A stretch of 64,000 nucleotides of DNA from positions 85,069 through 149,068 of IMG/VR virus record IMGVR_UViG_3300045256_000282; one strand, written 5' to 3'. Origin of the DNA: a virus. The position numbers and the translations under genes were made by a program. Below the pieces are notes generated by a model that was not told the origin of the DNA, made no database searches, and was given only the letters and a program-made list of their open reading frames with translations. This document shows positions 1-8,234 of this stretch, one piece after another (position 1 is the first letter of the stretch; the number at the start of each line of letters is the position of its first letter).

Positions 1-2263
1 CGCCTCTGATAGGAACAAGCTAGATCAGGCCGACGCAAAAGCTAGGCGAGATACCGACCAGTTTATAAAGCAACAGGTCAGAGATCAGGAAAAACTCGCT
101 AAGACCATTAACTCTCAGGTCGAGGAGATGAAGAAGCTCCAAAAGATTCAAAAAGAACTTGCGAAAGATTCTGAAGAATACTTTAAAACGCAACAAAAAC
201 TTTCTCAGCTAGAAAAGCAGACCTCCATGAACCGCGCCCAAATGCAGGCAAAAGATTCAGCGATATCAAACGCGCTGGATCAGCGGGAAGGAATGGGGAT
301 TGGTGGATTGGGCCGTTTAAGACAGGCGTACCAAAACGGAGGTATTGGCGGAGCAATGACCGCTGGCGGACGGATGGGCTCGCAATACCTGCGAGGCCTA
401 GGACCCGGAGCACTTGCCGGGACTGTCTTGGGGGCGGCTGGATCTGCTCTTGCAATTCATTCTCAAATAGGCCTAGATATTGGAATGGCTCCTTCTGTTG
501 CTTCTCAAAATAGGGGTCAGGCAGCTTCTACCTACAACGAAAACCTTCAAAACATTTTTTCTGGAAATGGTTATGAGGACGTATTCTATGCAAAAGAAAA
601 CAAAAAAGCCAGGGAAGATGCAAAAAAGGCAGTCGATGCTAAGCGAAAAAGCGATAAGGAAGGCATCTTTTCCCAATTTTTACAGGGCGCTGGAGGAGGC
701 GCGGTTGCGGGCGGTGCGGCAGGATCTTTTTTTGGTGGCATTGGGGCTGGACCGGGGGCGATAATTGGAGGAATAATTGGAGGAATAGCCTCTCTTTTCA
801 AAAATAGGGAAACCATCCTTGGAAATATGGGTGTAGGCCCCTACAAAGATACCCTAGAGTCTAAGTATGACGTTTTTGAATCTGATACGTTTAAAAGAAA
901 CAAAGAAGCAAATAAACAATTAGATCCCATCAAGAAGCTTGCTTTTGAAGATTTTCAAAAAAACATGATGCAAAATCTTAACTTCCAAAGAAGCACCGGG
1001 ATAAACGATCAGCAGATGTTTGATTTTAATGACCAGATAACTAGGTCTGGCTTTACTCGAAGCATGGGTAGGGAGGCCTCGCAAGGAATTCTTGCCGCTG
1101 GTGGATCTACCAGAGGAGCGCTAGGAAACGCGAGCCTATCTCTTCAGATGCAAAGGGATTACAACCTCACAAACGCAAATCAGGTACTCGGACGATTAAG
1201 CGGCACGATGGGCTCTGCCGCAGCTTCTGAAAAATCTTTGATATCCGTATTAGCCGCTGGTATGAAGGAAGGGTTAGACAAGTCTGAGTTTGCTGAAGAA
1301 AATAGGAAATTTACACAGGCCATAAGCGAGACCATATATAGGACAGGCGCAAACGATCCGGCCACCGCTGCCATGATAGCAAACAGGGAGGCCAGCTTCT
1401 TAGCAAGCAAGACGACTAGGGGTATTGAGGCTGCTCAGTCGGCGTCTCAATTTGTTTCTGGCATCGAAAAACAAGGATCTGGCATAGGATCAGTTCTTGA
1501 AATGGGTGGCATGCTTAGCAATAAGAACCTAAGCAAGCTAAATCCAGTGTCTATGTCGGCTATTCAAAATATGGACATGAACCAGATCATGTCTCTAAGC
1601 CCAGCAGAGAAAAGTTCTCTCACTAGACAGGCTGGTTTTAATAGCTTTGACGAGTTTATTCAGGCCGTAGCACCTAACAAAGAGATGAAGCTTGCCGGAC
1701 AGCTACCTCAGCTTTACGAGTCTGTTCAAAAATCTAAGAAATTTAACGAAGCAAACAAGATGGGTCCTTTGACTAAGGAGCAGCAAGCTGAAGGCGAAGA
1801 CGCAGAGGCTGGAGTGAAACTTGCACTTAAGGCCGGTTTTGGTTTAGATAATGCCTCCGCAGATTCGGTTTACAAAGAGATGATGGATACTGGAAAGTTT
1901 GACATAGCATCCATCAAGAAGATGAGTGAAAAGGTTCAAAGTTCTGCAGGAGCACCCACCGGAAGAGCCGCAGATACGGTGATCGGATCTGCTGCCTCAA
2001 ACGAAGCTGCCGTTAACACGCTTCAAAAAAACTTCATACCACAAATCGATAGCGCGGCCAGCTCCGTAGGTAAGTTTGCTGATGAGATCAACAAGTCACT
2101 AGAAACTATCCGAAAATTAGGAGAAGCTGGTAAGCAGGGGGATATGGTGGAAGAACTTAAGAAGCTCAACTCGAACATATCGTCTCGTTTTGCAGATCAA
2201 CTCGGTAAGGATTCGAACGGGAAGCCCTTGGTTCAAGACCAGGGTTCTCCTCGAAGGGAATAG
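1..2263 (+). CDS. Tail tape-measure protein, C-terminal part (5'-truncated by window)
   Basis: Frame is open from base 2, upstream of the track's ATG at 128. Long Ala/Gly/Gln-rich helical protein with Gly-zipper hydrophobic stretches (GAGGGAVAGGAAGSFFGGIGAGPGAIIGGIIGGIASLF), directly before the hub and spike genes. Confidence 0.7.
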   Translation, partial: ASDRNKLDQADAKARRDTDQFIKQQVRDQEKLAKTINSQVEEMKKLQKIQKELAKDSEEYFKTQQKLSQLEKQTSMNRAQMQAKDSAISNALDQREGMGIGGLGRLRQAYQNGGIGGAMTAGGRMGSQYLRGLGPGALAGTVLGAAGSALAIHSQIGLDIGMAPSVASQNRGQAASTYNENLQNIFSGNGYEDVFYAKENKKAREDAKKAVDAKRKSDKEGIFSQFLQGAGGGAVAGGAAGSFFGGIGAGPGAIIGGIIGGIASLFKNRETILGNMGVGPYKDTLESKYDVFESDTFKRNKEANKQLDPIKKLAFEDFQKNMMQNLNFQRSTGINDQQMFDFNDQITRSGFTRSMGREASQGILAAGGSTRGALGNASLSLQMQRDYNLTNANQVLGRLSGTMGSAAASEKSLISVLAAGMKEGLDKSEFAEENRKFTQAISETIYRTGANDPATAAMIANREASFLASKTTRGIEAAQSASQFVSGIEKQGSGIGSVLEMGGMLSNKNLSKLNPVSMSAIQNMDMNQIMSLSPAEKSSLTRQAGFNSFDEFIQAVAPNKEMKLAGQLPQLYESVQKSKKFNEANKMGPLTKEQQAEGEDAEAGVKLALKAGFGLDNASADSVYKEMMDTGKFDIASIKKMSEKVQSSAGAPTGRAADTVIGSAASNEAAVNTLQKNFIPQIDSAASSVGKFADEINKSLETIRKLGEAGKQGDMVEELKKLNSNISSRFADQLGKDSNGKPLVQDQGSPRRE

Positions 2264-2266
2264 TAA

Positions 2267-4147
2267 ATGAGTCAAGCTTTCGTTTATGACGTAGCAAAAA
2301 ACTCAGAAGATTCTCACCAGACAAGCCCCGCCTGGATGCTGACCTTTGTGCGTTGGGCAAACCGAGATCCTAATAACCACACAAACCCACAGGCCGCTGG
2401 TGGAGACCTTGCTGTAACAGACCCGCTTGTTGTTATCAACGACTGCGTATCCGTATCCGTCAACGTTTCAAAATCTTCTCACACACCCTCGATGTCGGCC
2501 ATCTTAAGGGCTGGGGATATCAACTACCTAACATCCATAGCTCCCGGCGATTTCGTGTTCGTTAACATGGCGGACTGGGAAAAAGACATAGACGATGTTT
2601 ACGAGAGAGCAAAGGCTTCTAAACCTATTAACCAGTTTAAAGACGGTTTTAAAGGCTATTTTAAGGTTCAATCTGTCAGACGAATACTTACAGTTAATCC
2701 AGCTTCTGGATCTAAAGAGGTCATGTTTCAAGTAGAGGGCTTTGGCTTTACTGAATTTAATAACATGATTTACTTTAATCCTCACCTTATTCCACCCGGA
2801 TCTGACAACAATCAGGCTCTTTTCTTGACCAACTTAAGCAGGTATTGGCATAGTTTGTTTTCAACTAACGGACTCCCTACGGTGCAAGAGGTCATCAGGT
2901 TTTTCATTAAATCTTTTTTGGGAGAAGGTCAACTAGCAGCAGGGATTAATAGGACGGTAAGGCAGTCTGGGGCAAACGCGGACTTCACTTCAAACACTCA
3001 ATTTTATGTTCCCCAAGGCGTCGGCTCTTTGTTAGGTCAAGATAAGGCTAAGGCGGCAAAAGATCTCTATATCTACCTTATGGGGATACAACAGTATTCT
3101 TCGGGTAATACCAATACACCAGAACTTAGCCTACTTCCTTCAAACCTAAACCCTGTACCTAAAGATGGAAGGTTTTTTTACACCAAACAGACATGTCAAG
3201 GAAGAGCTTTCGTAAAACCTGACTACTGGAATCAAGTCCCTGTTTGGAGCGTAATGGAACAGTACTTAAATTCACCGATAAATGAGATGTACGTTTCTTA
3301 TCGACCAGCCCCTAATGGTCTTGTGATGCCCACCTTTACCATGAGACAGATGCCGTTTTCTAGCGAGAAGTATAAGGGTGTAGGAACAAAGTTTCTTAAC
3401 CTACCACGCTGGAGGATTGATCCAGGCCTTATCTATGACGTGAACATTGGAAGGGATGAGGCCGCAAGGATAAACTTTGTGCAAGTTTTTGGTATGATGA
3501 CAGGTTCTGCTAGACCGGACCTTAGCATCGCGTACCCGATAGCAAAAGGCAATTACGTTTCTGACAATAAAGATATTAAAAGAAGTGGACTAAGACCGTA
3601 CGTCATTACTTCCAACTTTGATCTCCCAGCACTTCAATCGCAAACTAGCAATAAACAATATACCCGAGCCCTAGAATGGAAAAATCTTCTTGGGGATGCT
3701 CTTATTGGTGGCCATCTTAAGTTAAACGGCACGATAACCACGGTAGGCATCGTTGACCCCATATCTCCAGGTGATAACCTAGAGTTGGGGGATACCGTGT
3801 ATCACATCGAATCAGTTTCTCACTCAGCCACCTTAGCTCCAGGTGGTCAAAAGACTTTCCGCACTACCCTAGAACTTTCTCATGGCATCAGTAAGTTTTC
3901 TAATACTGAGAAAAAAGTTTATTCTCAGATGGTAAATAGTAAGATGGAGATTGAGTCGCGAGAAGATTACAATAACGGCGACGGTATGCTACCGGGAATT
4001 GTAGACTCTGAGACCGTATACCCAGATCCTTTCTTTGATATGGACGCTGCTTCAAAAAACAAAAGTTTTGATCTGCCACCCAAGTCTTTTGGTAAGCCGA
4101 AGAAACAGGGTAAGCTTAAGAAAAGATCTAAGAAGGTTGCAAAATGA
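2267..4147 (+). CDS. Baseplate hub protein (gp27/gpD-like)
   Basis: Lies between tape measure and spike. C-terminal 'GTITTVGIVDPISPGDNLEL...YHIESVSHS...FRTTLEL' is a typical hub beta-barrel end. Confidence 0.7.
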   Translation: MSQAFVYDVAKNSEDSHQTSPAWMLTFVRWANRDPNNHTNPQAAGGDLAVTDPLVVINDCVSVSVNVSKSSHTPSMSAILRAGDINYLTSIAPGDFVFVNMADWEKDIDDVYERAKASKPINQFKDGFKGYFKVQSVRRILTVNPASGSKEVMFQVEGFGFTEFNNMIYFNPHLIPPGSDNNQALFLTNLSRYWHSLFSTNGLPTVQEVIRFFIKSFLGEGQLAAGINRTVRQSGANADFTSNTQFYVPQGVGSLLGQDKAKAAKDLYIYLMGIQQYSSGNTNTPELSLLPSNLNPVPKDGRFFYTKQTCQGRAFVKPDYWNQVPVWSVMEQYLNSPINEMYVSYRPAPNGLVMPTFTMRQMPFSSEKYKGVGTKFLNLPRWRIDPGLIYDVNIGRDEAARINFVQVFGMMTGSARPDLSIAYPIAKGNYVSDNKDIKRSGLRPYVITSNFDLPALQSQTSNKQYTRALEWKNLLGDALIGGHLKLNGTITTVGIVDPISPGDNLELGDTVYHIESVSHSATLAPGGQKTFRTTLELSHGISKFSNTEKKVYSQMVNSKMEIESREDYNNGDGMLPGIVDSETVYPDPFFDMDAASKNKSFDLPPKSFGKPKKQGKLKKRSKKVAK

Positions 4148-5199
4148 AGCTAAGGAACGGCACAGTATTGCCATCAGGCTTACTAGGAACAACCTCCTCA
4201 AGTCGAGTTACGGCTTTCAATAAGACGTATCAAAACCACGCGATCAGGGCTGGCATCGTGGTTAAGCGGTACGAGATAGAAGACAAGTCAAACGTATCAA
4301 AGCTTGCAATCGAATACGACGTGATGGTTATCGAGCAGGATGCTAACATGGGTTCCACACCCATCTTGTACAAGAATTGTCTTTCAGCAGACGGCTTGGG
4401 TGCCATCGCAGACTTCTTTGAAAAGAAGTTTAGGAAGCAGAAAAAAGCCGACAAGAAGACCAGAGGAATGGATTTCGTAGGCCAAGATGGCGCTATCGTG
4501 CTTTTGATGTGCCTAGACGGAGCCGGAGAAAAGGCGTTGATAGTTGGTGGACTAAAGCATCCAGAGAGAAAGACTAAGTTAGTAGGCAAGGAAGAGATTC
4601 TTGCTGGTGAGTACAACGGTGTAGCAATTACGGTTGGAGAAGATGGCTCTTGCAACCTTACCTTTAAGGGCGCAACCAATAATGACGGAACACCAAAGGA
4701 TTCGTCTCAAGGCAACACTACGGTAGACATTGAGAAAGACGGAAGTTTTCAGGTTAAGAATAAGGGCGTTACCCAGCGCATGGAGAAGGCTGGAAAATAT
4801 TCTCTTACCACGGAAGATTCTACAACCGTAACCGCCAAAAAAGAGATCTCTTTAAACACCGAAGATAAGTTTTCCTTAAAAGCAAAGTCTGACGCAAGCA
4901 TCGAATGTGTTAAGATGGCTCTAAAAGCATCGGGTTCTGCAAACCTAGAGATGCAAAGCCTTGACCTAATGTCGCAGGGTGAGGCAAACCTAAAGGCTCA
5001 GATGTTCAGCATCGAGGCTCAGAGCTTAGCAAAAGTTAAGGCTAGCACGATCGTACTTGACGGTTTTGTTAGCCTTGGGTCTGCTGGGGGTACTCCAGCA
5101 CTAACCCTAAACACGCAGTTCCTAGGTGTCGGAAATCTCGGCATACCAGTAATCAGCACCGCGATAGGTCCGTTTTCAACGAAAGTGACTATAATATGA
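4144..5199 (+). CDS. Baseplate central spike (gpV/gp45-like)
   Basis: N-terminal OB-fold-like region (GAIVLLMCLDG...ALIVGG) followed by short beta-strand repeats typical of the spike beta-helix. ATGA-coupled to the hub gene. Confidence 0.7.
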   Translation: MKLRNGTVLPSGLLGTTSSSRVTAFNKTYQNHAIRAGIVVKRYEIEDKSNVSKLAIEYDVMVIEQDANMGSTPILYKNCLSADGLGAIADFFEKKFRKQKKADKKTRGMDFVGQDGAIVLLMCLDGAGEKALIVGGLKHPERKTKLVGKEEILAGEYNGVAITVGEDGSCNLTFKGATNNDGTPKDSSQGNTTVDIEKDGSFQVKNKGVTQRMEKAGKYSLTTEDSTTVTAKKEISLNTEDKFSLKAKSDASIECVKMALKASGSANLEMQSLDLMSQGEANLKAQMFSIEAQSLAKVKASTIVLDGFVSLGSAGGTPALTLNTQFLGVGNLGIPVISTAIGPFSTKVTII

Positions 5200-5699
5200 T
5201 GTTCCCGATCTTGTGGGCCTTGGCCGCAGTTTTTATCTTAGTTTCATCTCTCGAGTTTCCTGGGATCTGTAAGATTACCAAGAGCAAGGTCTTTGAGTTT
5301 GTAAGGTTCATGGCCTGGGTGACTCTTATTAGGGTAGGAGTCGCCTACCTTTCTGGAGCACATTATAAAGATCCAGACCCAAACTCCCCCATGAATACGA
5401 TCAACCTCTTGTTCACCTTAGGGGTTTTTTGGGAGGATGTCTTTTTTACTCTACCCATACTTATAGCGGAGAAGATGGGCGCATCAAAAGTTACTAAGGG
5501 CATGATGATAGCGCTAAGCTCAATGGCGTTCGCTTCTGGCCACATAGCGTACGGTTTTCCGTGGTCCTTGATTACATTGGCCTATGTACCATTTGTCTCA
5601 TACAAGTACGGAAGAAAACACGGTTTAGGAACAGTGATGATTTGTCACATCCTTTATGACGTCATCACCTTGGCAAGCGTAAGATATCTGATGCCATGA
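5196..5699 (+). CDS. CPBP/CAAX (Abi) family intramembrane glutamic endopeptidase
   Basis: Multi-TM protein with WEDVFF (EExxxR-like motif 1 variant), FASGH (FxxxH) and HILYD (HxxxN/D). Confidence 0.75.
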   Translation: MMFPILWALAAVFILVSSLEFPGICKITKSKVFEFVRFMAWVTLIRVGVAYLSGAHYKDPDPNSPMNTINLLFTLGVFWEDVFFTLPILIAEKMGASKVTKGMMIALSSMAFASGHIAYGFPWSLITLAYVPFVSYKYGRKHGLGTVMICHILYDVITLASVRYLMP

Positions 5700-5968
5700 C
5701 AAAGAGAAGAGGACTTCGCATTTCTAACAAGGCTGAGATGGACGCTTTGATGGCCATGGAATCTTCCTTGTTTTATGTTACTTTTTTAGGAGACGCGGTG
5801 GTTTTAAAAAATCAGATTACCTTTAACAAGTCTCAAGCGGAAAAGTGTTACGTGATGGCGCTTAACCAGGCTGTTGCGATGATGAACTCAGCCAAGAGCT
5901 TAAGGCAAAAGATAGAAGCCTCCACTGCTTTTATGAGTGTACAAATACTTCAGCTTAGGATACATTGA
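5696..5968 (+). CDS. Hypothetical protein
   Basis: 90-aa ORF, ATGA-coupled to the upstream gene; fills the gap. Confidence 0.6.
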   Translation: MTKRRGLRISNKAEMDALMAMESSLFYVTFLGDAVVLKNQITFNKSQAEKCYVMALNQAVAMMNSAKSLRQKIEASTAFMSVQILQLRIH

Positions 5969-5975
5969 GGATAGT

Positions 5976-7361
5976 ATGCCGTTAAATCAAGATGACAGGA
6001 TAGCATTTTCAAAGAAGATAGTTGAAGCGCCCTTCTTAATCGCCGCTATCAACAAGTCTAAGGAGACTATCCTTACCGAAAAAGAGAAGGCTCAGAAGCT
6101 TGACGACGGCCATAAGAACCTGGTCGACTCCAAGACAGTTCTGGTAAACGCATACCAGGGTGAGCTTATAAAGCTTGACGGTATTACAAGATCAACTCTT
6201 ACGGAACAAGATCAGCAGGACGCCGCAAACTTCGTTCTTGGAAACAACCTTTATCCTAATAATCCACAAAATCCTCCGCCAAGCACCGCGCCATCGGTAT
6301 GGACAAAAACTAAGCCTTACGCAAGAAACTTAGCGGTTGGCAAATTTTACAACGAAGCTTACGGTGCAACTGTTACGAAAGAAAGTGATGTCATCGCACT
6401 TGCCACAGCGGACGTTACAACTATACAGTCCACATATGCTTTGATCGAGCAGGTTACCGGGCAAACCTGTACAACTCCAGGTGGAACATGCTCTATTCCA
6501 ATGTACGTTACTCAACCTACGTGCGTGATGAACGGAGGAGTTTGGACTCCTGGAGTCGACACCATCGCAACATATCCGGCTGTTCAAACAGCGCTTACCA
6601 ATCTTATATCCAAGGTAAATGACATCAGAGCTTTCTTGGTATCGGAGGCGGCTACGATCTACACATCAGACTCTGACAATACCAGAAAGACCGAGAGCTT
6701 GGCGGCCCTAAACAATATAAACAACGTCACGATACCCGCCATCGACGCATGGCTCGCACTTCCAAACTTTAACACAGCCCATGGACAGACAACCTGCTCA
6801 GGCTTTTTTGGATACAATCCTACCCTCTTAGCTCCTACCAAGTTAAGTACGGCCAACATAAACGCACTGCTAACCGCTCTTTCGAACAGGGGTACGTTTG
6901 CTACCACAAGATCAGGGCAGCTATCTGGATATCTTGGTTCCATAACCCAAAACCTTTCTTCTGGGGACGTAACTGGTTCCGGTCTATATTTTGAGAGGTT
7001 CTCTTTTATCCAGCTTAGGCTGAACCTGTTGGGCGGATCTCTTATAACCTTAAAGGGTTATGAGCGTGCGAACAATGCTCAGGATGATCAAATTTCAAAC
7101 ATCAACGCCGCAAAAGCAACCTACGAACTTATCCTAAGATGCTCTGCGTTCTCAGCACCCGCGACAGGAACCAAGTTTCTTAGCGTGAAAAGCACGACCG
7201 GACTATCTGCTGGGGACAACGTTTACGTTATAGCTGACGGTCAACCTGAGCTTACTAGGACCATCGAATCTGTTTCTGGGAATAGGATAGTCTTTGGCCA
7301 ACCCATACCAGCAAACTACAAAGACAGCTCGTTTGGGCGAGTTTATAAGGATCTCACATGA
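5976..7361 (+). CDS. Putative virion structural protein
   Basis: Start moved to ATG 5976 (GAGG RBS upstream). Thr/Asn-rich, with a Cys-rich motif and a C-terminal small beta module (GLSAGDNVYV) like those in the baseplate proteins. Confidence 0.6.
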   Translation: MPLNQDDRIAFSKKIVEAPFLIAAINKSKETILTEKEKAQKLDDGHKNLVDSKTVLVNAYQGELIKLDGITRSTLTEQDQQDAANFVLGNNLYPNNPQNPPPSTAPSVWTKTKPYARNLAVGKFYNEAYGATVTKESDVIALATADVTTIQSTYALIEQVTGQTCTTPGGTCSIPMYVTQPTCVMNGGVWTPGVDTIATYPAVQTALTNLISKVNDIRAFLVSEAATIYTSDSDNTRKTESLAALNNINNVTIPAIDAWLALPNFNTAHGQTTCSGFFGYNPTLLAPTKLSTANINALLTALSNRGTFATTRSGQLSGYLGSITQNLSSGDVTGSGLYFERFSFIQLRLNLLGGSLITLKGYERANNAQDDQISNINAAKATYELILRCSAFSAPATGTKFLSVKSTTGLSAGDNVYVIADGQPELTRTIESVSGNRIVFGQPIPANYKDSSFGRVYKDLT

Positions 7362-7474
7362 ATTTAGTTGACCTTTTTGTTCAATCTATGAAGATAGTTC
7401 TTGCTATGACCGTAGTTTCGGCGTTAGCTGGAATCGTATTAGGTTTTGTTTTGATACACTTCACTCAAGACTAA
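7358..7474 (+). CDS. 38-aa single-TM microprotein (not in ORF track)
   Basis: MNLVDLFVQSMKIVLAMTVVSALAGIVLGFVLIHFTQD; ATGA overlap with the upstream stop; fills the intergenic gap. Confidence 0.55.
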   Translation: MNLVDLFVQSMKIVLAMTVVSALAGIVLGFVLIHFTQD

Positions 7475-8048
7475 GTTCGCAGCCGTCTAGCATCTCTTGC
7501 AGGTAATGGTCCAGATACTTCTTGATGCAGTACTCGCTTGGCATCCTTGAGTGCATGATAGATCTTGGGCATTTGTCTTCAAAGTAGCCGTTTTCTAAAA
7601 GATCCTTAGCACCCCATTTTGAATTGGGCATCTCTAGGCCTTCTTTGGATTCTGGGTAGGTGCCCTTGTCGTAAGTATGGTCCCTGTTACATATGCAGTG
7701 ACCTGCTTCGTGAAAAACCAGAATTTCTCTGACCAAGTCGCTAGAGTGTTCCCAATATAGGGTGTCTACCTCTATCTCAGTACCGCTATCCTCTAGTTTT
7801 GAGCACAAACCCACGATGCTGCCTTCTTTGCCAATCTCCGATTTCCCGGCGGTCAACCCCTCAAATAGGTTTGGGTACTTTTTGTCAAAATGTTCTTCGA
7901 CCCTTTTCTTGTAATCTAACAGATAAAAATGGATATCCTTATCTATGTTATTGAATTTCTTAGATGTTTTGTTAAAATTTGAAGTAACACAGGAAGATAC
8001 TGCCGATACAAAAAGGATAAAACTCAATAAGATCTTATACTTAGTCAT
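7461..8048 (-). CDS. Predicted lipoprotein zinc metallopeptidase (HExxH...H)
   Basis: Signal peptide ending in a lipobox-like VSS-C; FHEAGHCICNRDH zinc-binding motif; downstream SIM (Met-turn-like); several Cys. Confidence 0.7.
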   Translation of the reverse strand: MTKYKILLSFILFVSAVSSCVTSNFNKTSKKFNNIDKDIHFYLLDYKKRVEEHFDKKYPNLFEGLTAGKSEIGKEGSIVGLCSKLEDSGTEIEVDTLYWEHSSDLVREILVFHEAGHCICNRDHTYDKGTYPESKEGLEMPNSKWGAKDLLENGYFEDKCPRSIMHSRMPSEYCIKKYLDHYLQEMLDGCELSLE

Positions 8049-8079
8049 TTTCTTACCAGTTTCAGGTTATGTCTACCCT

Positions 8080-8190
8080 TTAGGTTTCCCTTAAAGGCTT
8101 TTTCCTAAATCCTAGGATATGACCCACAAGGAGGCCAGCTAGGAAAGAAAACACTGATATTATGATCATTAGTTGGCTTGCTTCTTTCAT
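8080..8190 (-). CDS. 36-aa single-TM microprotein (not in ORF track)
   Basis: MKEASQLMIIISVFSFLAGLLVGHILGFRKKPLRET: hydrophobic core then basic tail; co-oriented just upstream of the lipoprotein gene. Confidence 0.45.
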   Translation of the reverse strand: MKEASQLMIIISVFSFLAGLLVGHILGFRKKPLRET

Positions 8191-8199
8191 TTTGACACC

Positions 8200-8213
8200 A
8201 GCACAATCTTGAA
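8200..8213 (+). promoter_or_regulatory. Putative phage late-promoter motif AGCACAATCTTGAA
   Basis: Core AATCTTGA at 8205-8212, 22 nt before ATG 8235; one of six similarly placed copies. Confidence 0.6.
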
Positions 8214-8234
8214 GGTAGGATATCACGGAGTTAT

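Noticed and set aside
8077-8103. Hairpin CCTTTAG-N7-TTAAAGG followed by a T run as a terminator
   Set aside because: AT-rich weak stem overlapping a probable micro-ORF; insufficient support.
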